A stretch of DNA of 64,000 nt from positions 4,128,001-4,192,000 of the forward strand of contig OZ251539.1 of the NCBI GenBank assembly GCA_965243135.1, in the 5' to 3' direction. Position numbers and translations under genes: made by a program. The notes under the pieces were generated by a model, which saw only the letters and a list, made by a program, of their open reading frames with translations, did not search any database and was not told the origin of the DNA. The DNA is from Alphaproteobacteria bacterium (GTDB lineage Bacteria; Pseudomonadota; Alphaproteobacteria; MPNO01; UBA830). Positions 47,975-58,092 of the stretch are shown piece after piece (the first letter of the stretch is position 1; every line of letters begins with the position of its first letter).

Positions 47975-49489
47975 ATGATCGAAGCAGAAATCAGGTTCTC
48001 TGTCCCGCGGGATCGCAACGCGATCGTCAAGGAGCATTTTCCGGACGCCGCCGAGGTCAATCGCGCGGTTTATTTCGACACGCCGGATCGCCGCCTGTGG
48101 AAGAGCGGCGTCGAATGCCGGATCCGGGAAAACGGGAAGGGGCTCCGGCAGACCGTCAAGAAGCGGATACCCGGAAGTTCGGGGTTCGCTCGCGAAGAGC
48201 ACGAAATCCCGGTCGAGTCGCTGGAGTTGAACGCCTCTCATCTCGAAGCGGTCCTTCCTCCCGACCTTCGCGGCGAGGCGGCGCGCCTCGCCCCCGCGTT
48301 CTCGACGGACGTGAAGCGCAGCAAGCGCGTGATCGAAAGGCGCGACGACGTCGTGGAGGCGGTCCACGATCGCGGTCGGATCACGGCGAACGGCAAGTCC
48401 CTGGAAATCGACGACGTGGAGCACGAACTGCGGCGCGGCGCTCCGCGCTCGCTCGCCGATGCCTGTCTCGCGTTTCTCGAACTCGCGCCGTGCGGACTCG
48501 AGACCCAGGGCAAGGCTGCGCGCGGGTTTCGGCTGCTGACCGGCGAGCCGCCGGGCCCGGTCCTCGCCGAGACCGTGCGCGTTCCTCCGTCCACCGCGAT
48601 ACCCGAGGCCGCCGCCGCCATGATGCGCAGCGCCTTCGCGCAAGTTCTCGCGAACCATGCGGCGCTGGTTCAGACGGCGCACCCGGAGGCCGTCCACCAG
48701 ATGCGGGTCGGCCTGCGCCGCCTGCGGTCGACGCTGTCCGCGTTCGGCCCCGTTCTCGACGTTTCCGGGGCCGCCGGAATGCTCGCCGCCGCGAAATCCC
48801 TGTTCTCGCGCCTCGGAGACGTGCGGGACGCCGACGTCTTCGCGGCCGAAACCGCAGCCTCGTTCCCGAAGGATCTGCTCGACGCGAGGCTCGCAAAGGT
48901 TCTGGCGGAGGAGGTCGCGCGGTTTCGCGAGCGGGCGTTCGCCGACGTGATCGCTCTCCTCGCCGGACCCGAATTCGCGCGGCTGACCGTGCGCTGGCAC
49001 GGATGGATCGAGGACGGCGAATGGCTGCGGGACGAGCGCCCGGTGGACCGCCTGCTGGCCCGGCGGCCGGTGGGCGAGTTCGCCGCGACGCGTCTGGCGA
49101 ACATGCACCGCAGGCTCGTCAAGCGCGGACGGCGCGCCCTGAAGGGGGACATCGACGACTGGCATCGCGCCCGGATCGCCGCGAAGCGGGCGCGCTACGC
49201 CGGCGCCCCTCTGTTGCAGGTGCTGGACGAAGGCGGCAAGGGCGCCCGGCGATACTCGAAACGCCTCGCCAGGCTGCAGGACGATCTCGGAAAATTCAAC
49301 GACATGTGCAACGTCGCCCCCTTTCTCCAGCGGGTGCGCGAGACCGTTCCGGAGCATGCGAAGGCCGATTTCGTCGAGGCCGCGGCGTTCTGCTCGGGAT
49401 GGAGCGGCGCGGAAGTCGCGCGCGCGGTGTCCCGTCTGGGCAAAAGCTGGAAAAAGTTCGAGGCTGCGCAGGGCGGCGGCCTGCCATGA
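47975..49489 (+). CDS. CYTH + CHAD domain protein (polyphosphate-related)
   Basis: EAEIRF, YFDTPD, RQTVK, REEHE (CYTH); VHQMRVGLRRLRS, RDADV, HRARIAAKRARY, LQDDLG (CHAD). Confidence 0.88.
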   Translation: MIEAEIRFSVPRDRNAIVKEHFPDAAEVNRAVYFDTPDRRLWKSGVECRIRENGKGLRQTVKKRIPGSSGFAREEHEIPVESLELNASHLEAVLPPDLRGEAARLAPAFSTDVKRSKRVIERRDDVVEAVHDRGRITANGKSLEIDDVEHELRRGAPRSLADACLAFLELAPCGLETQGKAARGFRLLTGEPPGPVLAETVRVPPSTAIPEAAAAMMRSAFAQVLANHAALVQTAHPEAVHQMRVGLRRLRSTLSAFGPVLDVSGAAGMLAAAKSLFSRLGDVRDADVFAAETAASFPKDLLDARLAKVLAEEVARFRERAFADVIALLAGPEFARLTVRWHGWIEDGEWLRDERPVDRLLARRPVGEFAATRLANMHRRLVKRGRRALKGDIDDWHRARIAAKRARYAGAPLLQVLDEGGKGARRYSKRLARLQDDLGKFNDMCNVAPFLQRVRETVPEHAKADFVEAAAFCSGWSGAEVARAVSRLGKSWKKFEAAQGGGLP

Positions 49490-50127
49490 CGCTTCGCGTA
49501 TGCGTAATCAACGGCAAGGGCGGCTGCGGCAAGACGACGGTTTCGACCCATCTCGCGGCGGCGTTCGCCTCCTCCGGACTCGAAACGCTGCTGGTCGACC
49601 GCGACCGGCATCGCGGCGCCAGCCGCTGGCACGGCCTGCGCCCGAAGGCGGCGGCGCGCGTCCGCCTGACGGACTGGAGGAAGGATTTCGGCAAGGCGCC
49701 GCGCGGCGTTCAGCGCGTGGTCATCGATTGTCCGGCCTCGCTCGGCTTCGCCCGGGTTCGGGAGATCGTCGCGGAGGCCGAGATACTCGTGGCGCCGCTT
49801 CTGCCGTCGGTCTTCGATCAGTACGGAACCGAGGCGTTTCTCGACCGGATCGCCGGGATCAAGAAGATCCGCAAGGGACGCAAGTCCGTTCTGATCGTCA
49901 GCAACCGGTTTCGCGAGCGCTCGCTGGCGTCCCGCCAGCTGGAAGAGTTTCTGGCGTCGATCGGTCGCGAGCCGTTCGCCCGCATCGCGGATTCTTCGGC
50001 CTATCCCCGGCTGGCCTCTCAGGGGCTCACGGCGTTCGACGTCGATACGAAACCGATGCGCGACAGGCAGGAAGACTGGATGCCGCTGCTCGAGGAGATC
50101 GAGCTTGCGGGAAGGACGACCGGCTGA
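49486..50127 (+). CDS. Short ParA/MinD-family ATPase
   Basis: ATGA overlap; KGGCGKTT deviant Walker A, VIDCPA. Confidence 0.88.
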   Translation: MTLRVCVINGKGGCGKTTVSTHLAAAFASSGLETLLVDRDRHRGASRWHGLRPKAAARVRLTDWRKDFGKAPRGVQRVVIDCPASLGFARVREIVAEAEILVAPLLPSVFDQYGTEAFLDRIAGIKKIRKGRKSVLIVSNRFRERSLASRQLEEFLASIGREPFARIADSSAYPRLASQGLTAFDVDTKPMRDRQEDWMPLLEEIELAGRTTG

Positions 50128-50151
50128 CCGTCCTTCCCGCCGGGTTCGCCG

Positions 50152-50646
50152 TCAGTTCGCCGCCTGGGCGTGGGCTTCGACCAGCCAGAGGTTCTTGTCG
50201 GTGTCGCGGGACACGCCGGTGAACAGATCTTCGGTATCGGCGTCGCCGATCTCGGCCATCTCGTCGATCGCCCGGCGGACCGCCTTGCCGAAGGCCGCGA
50301 GGGAAACGCTCGCCGCCTCCACGTGATCGACTCCGCTGTGGATGTCGAGAGGATAGGGCGGCAGCGTGGAATTGGCCGCGGTCGCGGCCGCGGTTCCCTC
50401 CGCCGTTCCGCCGAGCGCCGCGATCCGCTCGGCGATGTCGTCGACATGGACCTGGACTTCGCCGTGAATCTTGTCGAAGAGCTCGTGCAGGGCGATGAAC
50501 CCGGGGCCTTTGACGTTCCAGTGCGCCTGTTTCATATGGGTCGCGAGATCCACCGCGTCCGCGAGCCGGGCGTTGAGGACGCTGACGGCCGCTCCGCGAG
50601 CGTTTTCCGCCAGATCGTTTTTCGTTGCATGCAGTTTTCGAGACAT
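50152..50646 (-). CDS. dps: DNA protection during starvation protein
   Basis: KQAHWNVKG, LHELFD, DDIAER, DKNLW. Confidence 0.95.
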   Translation of the reverse strand: MSRKLHATKNDLAENARGAAVSVLNARLADAVDLATHMKQAHWNVKGPGFIALHELFDKIHGEVQVHVDDIAERIAALGGTAEGTAAATAANSTLPPYPLDIHSGVDHVEAASVSLAAFGKAVRRAIDEMAEIGDADTEDLFTGVSRDTDKNLWLVEAHAQAAN

Positions 50647-50755
50647 GGCACCCTCCATTAGAACGATTCTAATATCGGATCCGTTTTTCGGCATTCAAGG
50701 GAGCGGCGGCGTTTTTTCGACCGCGCCCGGCGGAACCGTTCGCGCGGAACCGGGT

Positions 50756-51199
50756 TCAGACTCCCAGGCCGGGCGCGTCCACCGGCACGAAGTTCTCTTC
50801 CGTCACGCCCTCCGACGGCGCGTCGAACGCCAGTTCCACCTGCACTCCGTTGGGATCGTGAAAGAAGACCTGAACGAGGCGTCCGCTTCCCGCCAGCCGT
50901 TTGCAGTAGGTCACGTCGTGGGCTTGCAACGTATTCTCGACGCTTTCGAGGCCGCGGGCGGACAATCCGATGTGGTCGAGGCCGCCGCCGCGGCCTTCGG
51001 CGACGGTCCGCCTGTCTCCGCCGGGATCGCTGAGGGAGAGATGGACGATGGCGACATCGCCGCAATACAGCCAGTAGCCGTGGGTGTCGAAGAGGGGCCG
51101 GTAACCGACCTTGAGTCCCAGGACATCGACGAAGAAGTCCTTGGTTTCCTCCATCAACACGGTGCGGATGTTGATGTGATTGAGTTCGCTGATCGCCAT
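50756..51199 (-). CDS. VOC/glyoxalase family protein
   Basis: LNHINI, FFVDVLGL, LDHIG, FFHDPNGVQVEL. Confidence 0.88.
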   Translation of the reverse strand: MAISELNHINIRTVLMEETKDFFVDVLGLKVGYRPLFDTHGYWLYCGDVAIVHLSLSDPGGDRRTVAEGRGGGLDHIGLSARGLESVENTLQAHDVTYCKRLAGSGRLVQVFFHDPNGVQVELAFDAPSEGVTEENFVPVDAPGLGV

Positions 51200-51296
51200 T
51201 TCTCGATCCTCCGTTCCGGCGCGCATCTTGCGCGGATGGCGTTTGCAATCTAGCTTTTCGCGGATAGTGACTCTTCGGCGCGAGGGAGGCAAGAAA

Positions 51297-52043
51297 ATGG
51301 GCGAGCGAGCGTGGGACGCGTTCCTGACGGAGCGCGACAAGGAAGTGTTCGAGGCGGCCGGCTACGGGGAGTCCGCGGGTTTCGGCGAACGTCCGGCGAT
51401 CGTCGTCATCGACGTCAACTACAACTTCACCGGCGACAGGTCCGAACCCATTCTCGATTCCATCAGGCGCTGGCCCAATTCGTGCGGCGAGGACGCCTGG
51501 GACGCGCTGCCTCACATCCGAAAGCTCCTGGACGCCGCCCGCGCGAAGGGCCTGCCCGTCATCTACACCACCGGCGACATGCGCGAGGACGGATGGGACA
51601 GGGGGGCCTGGTCCTGGAAGAACAAGCGCACCAGAGAATGGAGGTCCGGCGGAGCGCGGACCAATCTGGACGGCAACGAGATCAATCACGAGATCGCTCC
51701 GGCGCCGCGCGACATCGTCATTAGAAAGTTGAAGCCGAGCGCGTTTCACGGCACCCCGATGAGTTCGTTCCTGACGAATCTCAAGGCGGACTCCGTCATC
51801 ATGGTCGGAACGACGACGTCCGGATGCGTGCGCGCCACCGTGATCGACGCGTTCAGCGAGAACTACCGGGTGGCGCTGGTCGAGGAAGGCTGCTTCGATC
51901 GCTCGCAGGCCAGCCATGCGATCAATCTCTGCGACATGCACGCCAAATACGCGGACGTGGTCGGCGTCGACGCGGTCGTCGAACACATCGAGAGCCTGCC
52001 GGACGAATTGTTCGACCTGCCGCCGGGCAAACCGGTCGAATAG
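51297..52043 (+). CDS. Isochorismatase-like cysteine hydrolase (amidohydrolase type)
   Basis: VIDV, K..PSAFHGT, GTTTSGCVRAT (Asp-Lys-Cys triad). Confidence 0.9.
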   Translation: MGERAWDAFLTERDKEVFEAAGYGESAGFGERPAIVVIDVNYNFTGDRSEPILDSIRRWPNSCGEDAWDALPHIRKLLDAARAKGLPVIYTTGDMREDGWDRGAWSWKNKRTREWRSGGARTNLDGNEINHEIAPAPRDIVIRKLKPSAFHGTPMSSFLTNLKADSVIMVGTTTSGCVRATVIDAFSENYRVALVEEGCFDRSQASHAINLCDMHAKYADVVGVDAVVEHIESLPDELFDLPPGKPVE

Positions 52044-52093
52044 TTTTCCGCCGCCGGCCGGGCTCCGCCGCGGCCGCGGCGAGCGCGGCGGAT

Positions 52094-52822
52094 CTACACG
52101 AACAGCGTCGCCGTGCCGACGGCCAGCAGGAAGCACAGGGAGACGCGGCGGAACGTCTCTTCGGAAGCGCGGCCGAACAGCCTTTCGCCGATCCACATGC
52201 CGGCCATGAGCGGAGGCGCGATCAGCAGGCACAGCCAGAGCACGGTCCGCACCAAAAGACCCTCGATCCAGTACATGGCCAGGGCGGCGATCTGGGTGAA
52301 GACGAAATAAAGGATGATCGCGCCCCGGTTCTGCGCCGCCCGGTGGGGACCCGCCAGCAGGAACATGACGACGGGCGGTCCGCCGATCATCGCCGCGCCC
52401 GAAATGAATCCGCCCAGCGCGCCGACTCCCGCCGTGACGGCGCGGTTGATCCGCCCGGTATATCTCCATCCGCGCAGCATCAGGACGGCGAAGACGATGA
52501 TCAGTATCGATATCGCCTGCCGGATCAGTCCGGGATCCTGGGTCACGAGAAGCCATGCGCCGACGGGAACTCCGGCCATGCCGGCCGCCGAGAGCGGCCA
52601 GACCCGGCCCCAGTCGGCAGCCCGCAAGGCGCCCGGGGCGAGTTGGGCGCTGGTCGCGAGGTGCACGCAAACGACGGCCGGGACCGCGAGCAGCGGACCG
52701 ACGGCCGCGGCCGCGACCGGGACGATGGCGAGCGCCGACCCGAAGCCCGAGAAGCCGCGCATGACGCCGGCGGCGAGCGACATGGCCGCGATGATCGCAG
52801 CTTGCGCCCAGGTAATGTCCAT
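52094..52822 (-). CDS. TauE/SafE family membrane transporter
   Basis: RGFSGFG, GGPP, about 8 hydrophobic helices. Confidence 0.85.
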   Translation of the reverse strand: MDITWAQAAIIAAMSLAAGVMRGFSGFGSALAIVPVAAAAVGPLLAVPAVVCVHLATSAQLAPGALRAADWGRVWPLSAAGMAGVPVGAWLLVTQDPGLIRQAISILIIVFAVLMLRGWRYTGRINRAVTAGVGALGGFISGAAMIGGPPVVMFLLAGPHRAAQNRGAIILYFVFTQIAALAMYWIEGLLVRTVLWLCLLIAPPLMAGMWIGERLFGRASEETFRRVSLCFLLAVGTATLFV

Positions 52823-52874
52823 GTCCCGTCCCGAGGGAGCGCCGCGAAGACGACCGGGCGCGGCGCGCCGACGT

Positions 52875-53933
52875 TCAGTCCAGTTCGAGTTCCGTGCCGC
52901 GTCCCTGCTCGCGGGCCAGTCGGAAAGCCGTCATGGCGATCGCCATTTCCGAGGCTCCGGTGCCGTTGTTGTTCTTGTGATAGGTGATCTGCCCGGCCGA
53001 CGTCCTGCCGGGATGCCGGCCGGTCGCAAGGTCGCCCAGCTCGAAGACATTCTCGATCCGGAGGAGGCCGGCGCGGATCGGCTCGAAGAGATCCCCCTGT
53101 TCCTCGGAGACCATGGACTCCTTGAGATTGGTCACCACGACGTCGGCTCGCGCCGCGGTCGCGTCGTCGATCTCGCGCCGCGGCTTCGACAGGAAGCCGG
53201 CCTGCACGAGTTGCTTGTTGCTGCCGATGATGCCCGTCACGTGCTGCCCCGCCGCGAGGCGTTCGCCGTCGAACAGCGCCACGTTGGTGTTGGTGGCGCA
53301 GATCACGACGTCGGCGTCGTCGAGCACCGTTTCGGGCGCGTCGACCGGGGCGATGTCGAGGTCGAATTTCGGTCCGTAAAGATCGGCGAAACCACGGCGA
53401 TTTTGCGGGTCGCGGCTGTAGACCCTGACGGCGCGGATTCCCGGACGTTCGGTTTTGAGCGCCCATAGCTGGTTCGCGGCCTGGCCTCCGGAACCGAACA
53501 GGCCGACGGTCGCCGCGTCCTCGGGCACGAGGTAACGGAATCCGATGCCGCTGGTCGCGGCCGTGCGGAACGCCATCAGGCTCGTCGGACCGATGGTCTT
53601 CTCGTCGATTTCGCCGAAAAGGACCGCGATCAGGCGTCCGGTCGCGGAATCGTGCAGCACGTGCACCGGACGCTCGCGATGCGCGTAGCGCTGGTTGGCG
53701 TCCTCCTGCACGACGAGTTCGGCGCGGACCTGGGCGCCGATGACGCCCAGCTTGTGGACTCCGCCCGGGAAATTCGAGACGCGCACGCCGGCCGGCGAAT
53801 GGACCCGCCGCCGCGGCGCGTTGATGGCCGGAAATTCGGTGGATTCGCGATACCCCTGTTCGATGGCGTCGATCGCGTCCTTCATCCCGACCAGGCCCTG
53901 CAGGTCGCGCGGCTTGAGTATCAGTACGCCCAT
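52875..53933 (-). CDS. Ornithine cyclodeaminase/mu-crystallin family protein (alternative start 53942)
   Basis: FRTAATSG, GSGGQA, ADVVICAT, ELGDL, GRTS...IT. Confidence 0.85.
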   Translation of the reverse strand: MGVLILKPRDLQGLVGMKDAIDAIEQGYRESTEFPAINAPRRRVHSPAGVRVSNFPGGVHKLGVIGAQVRAELVVQEDANQRYAHRERPVHVLHDSATGRLIAVLFGEIDEKTIGPTSLMAFRTAATSGIGFRYLVPEDAATVGLFGSGGQAANQLWALKTERPGIRAVRVYSRDPQNRRGFADLYGPKFDLDIAPVDAPETVLDDADVVICATNTNVALFDGERLAAGQHVTGIIGSNKQLVQAGFLSKPRREIDDATAARADVVVTNLKESMVSEEQGDLFEPIRAGLLRIENVFELGDLATGRHPGRTSAGQITYHKNNNGTGASEMAIAMTAFRLAREQGRGTELELD

Positions 53934-54104
53934 GTCCCGCATCCTTTTCCGTTCGCCCGAAAATGGCCGCCGCCCGTCAGAGCGTCAATCAGCCGTGCCG
54001 AGATCCGCGGCGGCGCCGGGAAAGGAAGCCTGACGACGTTTCGGGCGTCGGCGTTCGCGGAACGCCCGGCCGCCGGCAGCTCGTTCGGCGTCAGCGCCGG
54101 ATTT

Positions 54105-54893
54105 TCAAAGCGCGACGTCGGCCCAGACGGGCGCATGATCCGAAGGGCCGTCCCACCCGCGCGCCTCGCGCAGAACTCCGGCATCCGTCACTTTGTCGGC
54201 CAGATCGGGACTTACCCAGATGTGATCGAGACGCCGCCCGCGGTCGCTGCCCGGCCACGCGCGGTTGCGGTAGCTCCACCACGAGTAGAGCTTGCGGTCT
54301 TCCGGAACGATCGCCCGCACGGCGTCGACCCAGCCATGCGCCTCGCGCCAGCGCCGCAGGCTCTCGACCTCGACCGGGGTGTGGCTGACGACCTTCAGCA
54401 ACTGCCGGTGGGACCAGACGTCGGACTCAAGCGGCGCTATGTTCAGATCTCCGACCAGAATGCGGCGGCCGCGCTTCGGCAGTCCCGCCGACCATTCGGT
54501 CACCTCCGCGACGAAGTCGAGCTTGTGGGCGAATTTCTCGTTGACGTCGGGGTCGGGGATATCGCCGCCCGCCGGCACGTAGAAATTGTGCAGCTCTGTC
54601 TTCTCCGCCAACAGGGCCGCCACGTGGCGGGCGTCCTCGCGTGCGCACCAGTCCCGGCTCGCGTTTTCCGTCAGGGGGGACCGCGACAGTATGGCGACGC
54701 CGTTGTAGCCTTTCATGCCGCGAACGAGCTGGTGGGGGAAACCGGCGGCGGCGACATCCTCCGAGGGAAAATGCTCGGTCCGAACCTTGATTTCCTGGAT
54801 GCACAGGCAATCGGGTTCCAGCGCGCCAACGACGCGCTTCAGCGTCTCCAGCCGCAGGCGGATCGAATTGACGTTCCAGGTCGCCACCCGCAT
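54105..54893 (-). CDS. xth: Exodeoxyribonuclease III
   Basis: ATWNVNS, QEIK, YNGVAI, GDLN, WWSYR, RLDH, SDHAP. Confidence 0.94.
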   Translation of the reverse strand: MRVATWNVNSIRLRLETLKRVVGALEPDCLCIQEIKVRTEHFPSEDVAAAGFPHQLVRGMKGYNGVAILSRSPLTENASRDWCAREDARHVAALLAEKTELHNFYVPAGGDIPDPDVNEKFAHKLDFVAEVTEWSAGLPKRGRRILVGDLNIAPLESDVWSHRQLLKVVSHTPVEVESLRRWREAHGWVDAVRAIVPEDRKLYSWWSYRNRAWPGSDRGRRLDHIWVSPDLADKVTDAGVLREARGWDGPSDHAPVWADVAL

Positions 54894-54916
54894 TGCCGAG
54901 GTCTTTCGGGACGTCG

Positions 54917-55702
54917 TTATTCGGCGGCGAGCAATCGTCCGAACCGGCGGGCGGCCCGGTCGCGGCAAGCTTCGCCGAAAGCGCGCCAGAGCTCGCGGGT
55001 AAGGGCGTGGGTTTCGAACCGCCATTCGGCGTGCCATTGGACGCCCACGCAGAACGTGCTCGTCTTGACGTACCGGATCCCCTCGATGACGCCGTCCGGA
55101 GAAACGCATTCCACTTCGCAGCCCGGAGCGACCTGGTCGACGGACTGTCCGTGGAGCGAGTTGACCATGATTTCGCGGCAATTCGAGAGGCGGTGAAAGA
55201 ACCCGCCTTCGGCCATCACGACCTTGTGGCGCAAGCTGAACTTGTGCTCCATGTCGCCGTCGCGGGGCATTCGATGGTCCTGGAAGCCCGGAACCAAATG
55301 CGTGCGATAGTGAAGCGTGCCGCCGAGCGCGACATTGATCTCCTGAATGCCGCGGCAGGAGCCGAATACGGGTATGCCGCGCGCGACGCATTCGCGGATC
55401 AATGGCAGCGTGGTGGAATCGCGCGGCGGGTCGCGGATTTCGTCGTCGGGGAAGGGCTGGCCTCCGTAGTGATGCGGCTCGACGTTGGCCCGCCCGCCCG
55501 TAAGGAACAGTCCGTCGAGTCGTTCCGCGAGATCGGCGTAGTCGCAGTCGCTGCCGAGAGCGGGCACGATCATCGGAAGCGCGCGGGCTCCCGTCGCCAC
55601 GGCGCAGACGTTGCGTTCGACCGTGCCGTGCTGGGCCAGCGTGTGCGAGGGCATGAAAAAGCGGCTCGCCGATATCCCGACGAGGGGCAGAGAGTACGAC
55701 AT
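54917..55702 (-). CDS. Gamma-glutamyl-gamma-aminobutyrate hydrolase family (peptidase C26, PuuD-like)
   Basis: LTGG, GSCRGIQE, VNSLHGQ, GVQWHAE. Confidence 0.9.
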   Translation of the reverse strand: MSYSLPLVGISASRFFMPSHTLAQHGTVERNVCAVATGARALPMIVPALGSDCDYADLAERLDGLFLTGGRANVEPHHYGGQPFPDDEIRDPPRDSTTLPLIRECVARGIPVFGSCRGIQEINVALGGTLHYRTHLVPGFQDHRMPRDGDMEHKFSLRHKVVMAEGGFFHRLSNCREIMVNSLHGQSVDQVAPGCEVECVSPDGVIEGIRYVKTSTFCVGVQWHAEWRFETHALTRELWRAFGEACRDRAARRFGRLLAAE

Positions 55703-56201
55703 GCGGAACAGGTATCATGTCGGCCGCGCATCGGCAACCGGCTCCGGGACGCCGGTCGCGCCTCGCGAAAATGCGTTGCGACGGAGAAAAACAGCTTTTT
55801 CCCTCCCTCGCTTCAAGGAAGCTGACGAGCGAACGGCCTGCCGCCGGTTGCGCCCGATCAAGCGTCGCTGCGGCCAGGTCGCTTCGGAAGCCGGCGAGAG
55901 AAGACAGTCCTTGCGCGGAGCGCCGTTCGCAAAACGCCGCGGGTCGCTCGAAGCGGCCGAAATCCCGGGGCGAGACGCGCTGCGCTTGCCGGAAATCGTC
56001 GGCCTTCCCGATCATCGCCGCCAAGCCTTCGGTCATGCTTCCCGGTTCGCGCTTCGGCACAGCCTTGCGATGGCGCGCTCCGCGATCCTGCGGAAACGTG
56101 CGCTTTGCGGAAGGAGGCAATCCTCGGGCGTTCCGGTCTTCGACACAGAACCGATCTCCAGCCACGCTGTGCACCCATATTTCGCGTCTGGAGCCCGTCT
56201 C

Positions 56202-56230
56202 TTGACATGATTCGTTTATTCATTTATATT
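56202..56230 (+). promoter_or_regulatory. Near-consensus sigma70 promoter
   Basis: TTGACA(56202)-N17-TATATT(56225) in an AT-rich patch; downstream palindrome TAGCTC-AG-GAGCTA (56255-56268). Confidence 0.75.
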
Positions 56231-56301
56231 TTATTCTGTCTATCCGCGACATCATAGCTCAGGAGCTAAGTGGGTTTCTTGTCTAAAGGGATTGTGGACA
56301 A

Positions 56302-56976
56302 ATGATCTTGAGTGATCGGCAAATCGAAAATGCGGTTGAAAACCGTCGTATTGTCATTGAACCATTCGAAAGGAAACAGGTTCAGCCGGCGAGTTACGAT
56401 TTAAGAGTGGGCGACCAAGGAGCGACGACTGGTTCCAAACGCATGGTAGATATCAAGACCACCGGTTTCGTGAGCCTAGAGCCGGGGGATTTTGGCGTAA
56501 TCACCGTTCACGAAAAGATCGAGCTCGATGCACAGCATGCAGCGCGTTTCGGCCTGCGTTCCAAGTATGCGCGGAAAGGTTTGATAGCGACCACAGGTCC
56601 GCAGATCGACCCCGGATTTCGCGGGCGCTTGATCATCGGGCTCACCAACCTGACTCCGCGGCCGGTGCCGCTCCCGTATCTAGACGATGTCGTTTCGGTG
56701 GAATTCCATCGTCTGGAGGAGCCGGCGGAAACGCCTTATTCCGGTCCCTACCAAGACAGAATGGAACTTGGCGCAGAAGAAATAGAGTTCATTGCCGAAA
56801 GCGAGGGCATGGCTCTTTCCGAAATGATCAATACGTTACGGTCGTTGAGCGAAAATGTCGGAATTCTGACCAAGGATGTGTCCCTTCTGACCGGCGAGGT
56901 CCGGAGCATCAAGTGGTCCATACCCGTCATTCTCGCAATCGGGCTGGCCGTTATCGGTTACGTTGCGGCCAAGTGA
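56302..56976 (+). CDS. dCTP deaminase/dUTPase-fold protein with C-terminal coiled coil and TM helix
   Basis: MILSD, QPASYDLR, RSKYARKG, IDPGFRG, PYSGPYQ; hydrophobic tail WSIPVILAIGLAVIGYVAA. Confidence 0.85.
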   Translation: MILSDRQIENAVENRRIVIEPFERKQVQPASYDLRVGDQGATTGSKRMVDIKTTGFVSLEPGDFGVITVHEKIELDAQHAARFGLRSKYARKGLIATTGPQIDPGFRGRLIIGLTNLTPRPVPLPYLDDVVSVEFHRLEEPAETPYSGPYQDRMELGAEEIEFIAESEGMALSEMINTLRSLSENVGILTKDVSLLTGEVRSIKWSIPVILAIGLAVIGYVAAK

Positions 56977-57244
56977 GCCTTTCTGCGAAACGCGGATCGA
57001 GGCGACGAACTGCGTTGCCGCTTCCCTCGATGGAAAGAGCGCCAGGATCGCTTGAATTTTCCCGGGCAGGCGATTTCCTACTGTTCGTCCGGCCCAAAGT
57101 TCGAGCGTGCGATTTTGCGAATCGGCCATGTCCAACGTGAGTACGGCCGTAGACCGCGAGAAAGGACCTGGACGGGCTCGTCAAAGAGAACATGTTTCAC
57201 CTTTGGTTGCGCATGGGTTAAGCGTTCGGTCGTGGGGTGGCGGT

Positions 57245-58032
57245 CTATTTGTTGAGAACCCGCCTCCAGCCCCGGCACAGGGGTTTCAGCGTCCTTGACC
57301 GGGAGAGCGCGTTCTTTCCGGGTGCTGCCGCGGCCCTGCGTTTTGCCGACCTTGCTGGCGGCCCGGTAGCAGCTTCCTTCGAAGCGCGGCGCCTCGCAGA
57401 AGGTCTCGAGCAGGACCGGAGCGTAGCGGTGCTCCCAGTCGTCCGGCAGCCGTCGTTCGACCAGAGCGAGGGGACGCGAGATTTTTGATCCGAACCCAAG
57501 GCAAGGCCCGGGCATTGTTAACCGCCAGCGGTGCGGCGGCGGGTCTCGGGGTTCCACGAGTTCGTCCCTGGGCGCGATCTTCCAGGCTGCGGCGCCGAAG
57601 CCGAGGACGGCGAGGGGTTCGCCGCCAGCGGCCCGGACCAAGTATCGCATTTGCGCGCCGGGCAGCGTGGAGTAGCCAAGATAGTGGTAGCGAGCGACGA
57701 ACTCGTTCCAGAGGCGGCCTTCGCCTGCGTTCCGGACAGGCTCCGCGGCGACAGGTTGGACATCGGCGAGACGTTCGGGGACCGGGAACAAGGGCCTGTC
57801 GGTCGCGGGGCCGGGCACGGGCGTACGGTCGGCGTTTGCCTTGGCGGCGGCAGGACGATCACGCCGTGCATGCGCAACATGGCCACCCGCGCGATCCTTT
57901 AGGCCGCCGTTGCGCCAGTCGAGGCGCCGGCAGACCTCCCGCGACAGCGCCCTGCGGCTGAGGCTGCCCCTCAGGGAGCGGCTCGTCCTCGGAGAAGTCG
58001 CGCCCGCAGTAGCGGCAAGGGCCGCCGCTCAC
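57245..58032 (-). pseudogene. DUF4338 (Druantia DruA-like) protein, frameshifted
   Basis: RYCGRDFS, LWNEFVARYHYLGY, GFGAAAWK, LPDDW...PVLLETF, GSCYRAA, GKTQGRG. Confidence 0.75.
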
Positions 58033-58092
58033 GGTCCTTGGGGGAGAGGCCAGGAGCGGAGGCGCTCCTCGTCGGCGCCCCACGGCAGCCAG

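Noticed and set aside
48097-50127. 676-aa ParA and 689-aa Xth (54105..56174) extended proteins
   Set aside because: The extensions are off-frame overlaps of neighbouring genes; true starts are 49486 and 54893
55710-56200. Possible decayed gene fragment between puuD-like and the Dcd-TM gene
   Set aside because: Some protein-like stretches, but no motif I can assign with confidence
56255-56268. TAGCTCAG as a tRNA D-arm / att site
   Set aside because: No acceptor, anticodon or T stems around it; better explained as a short palindrome
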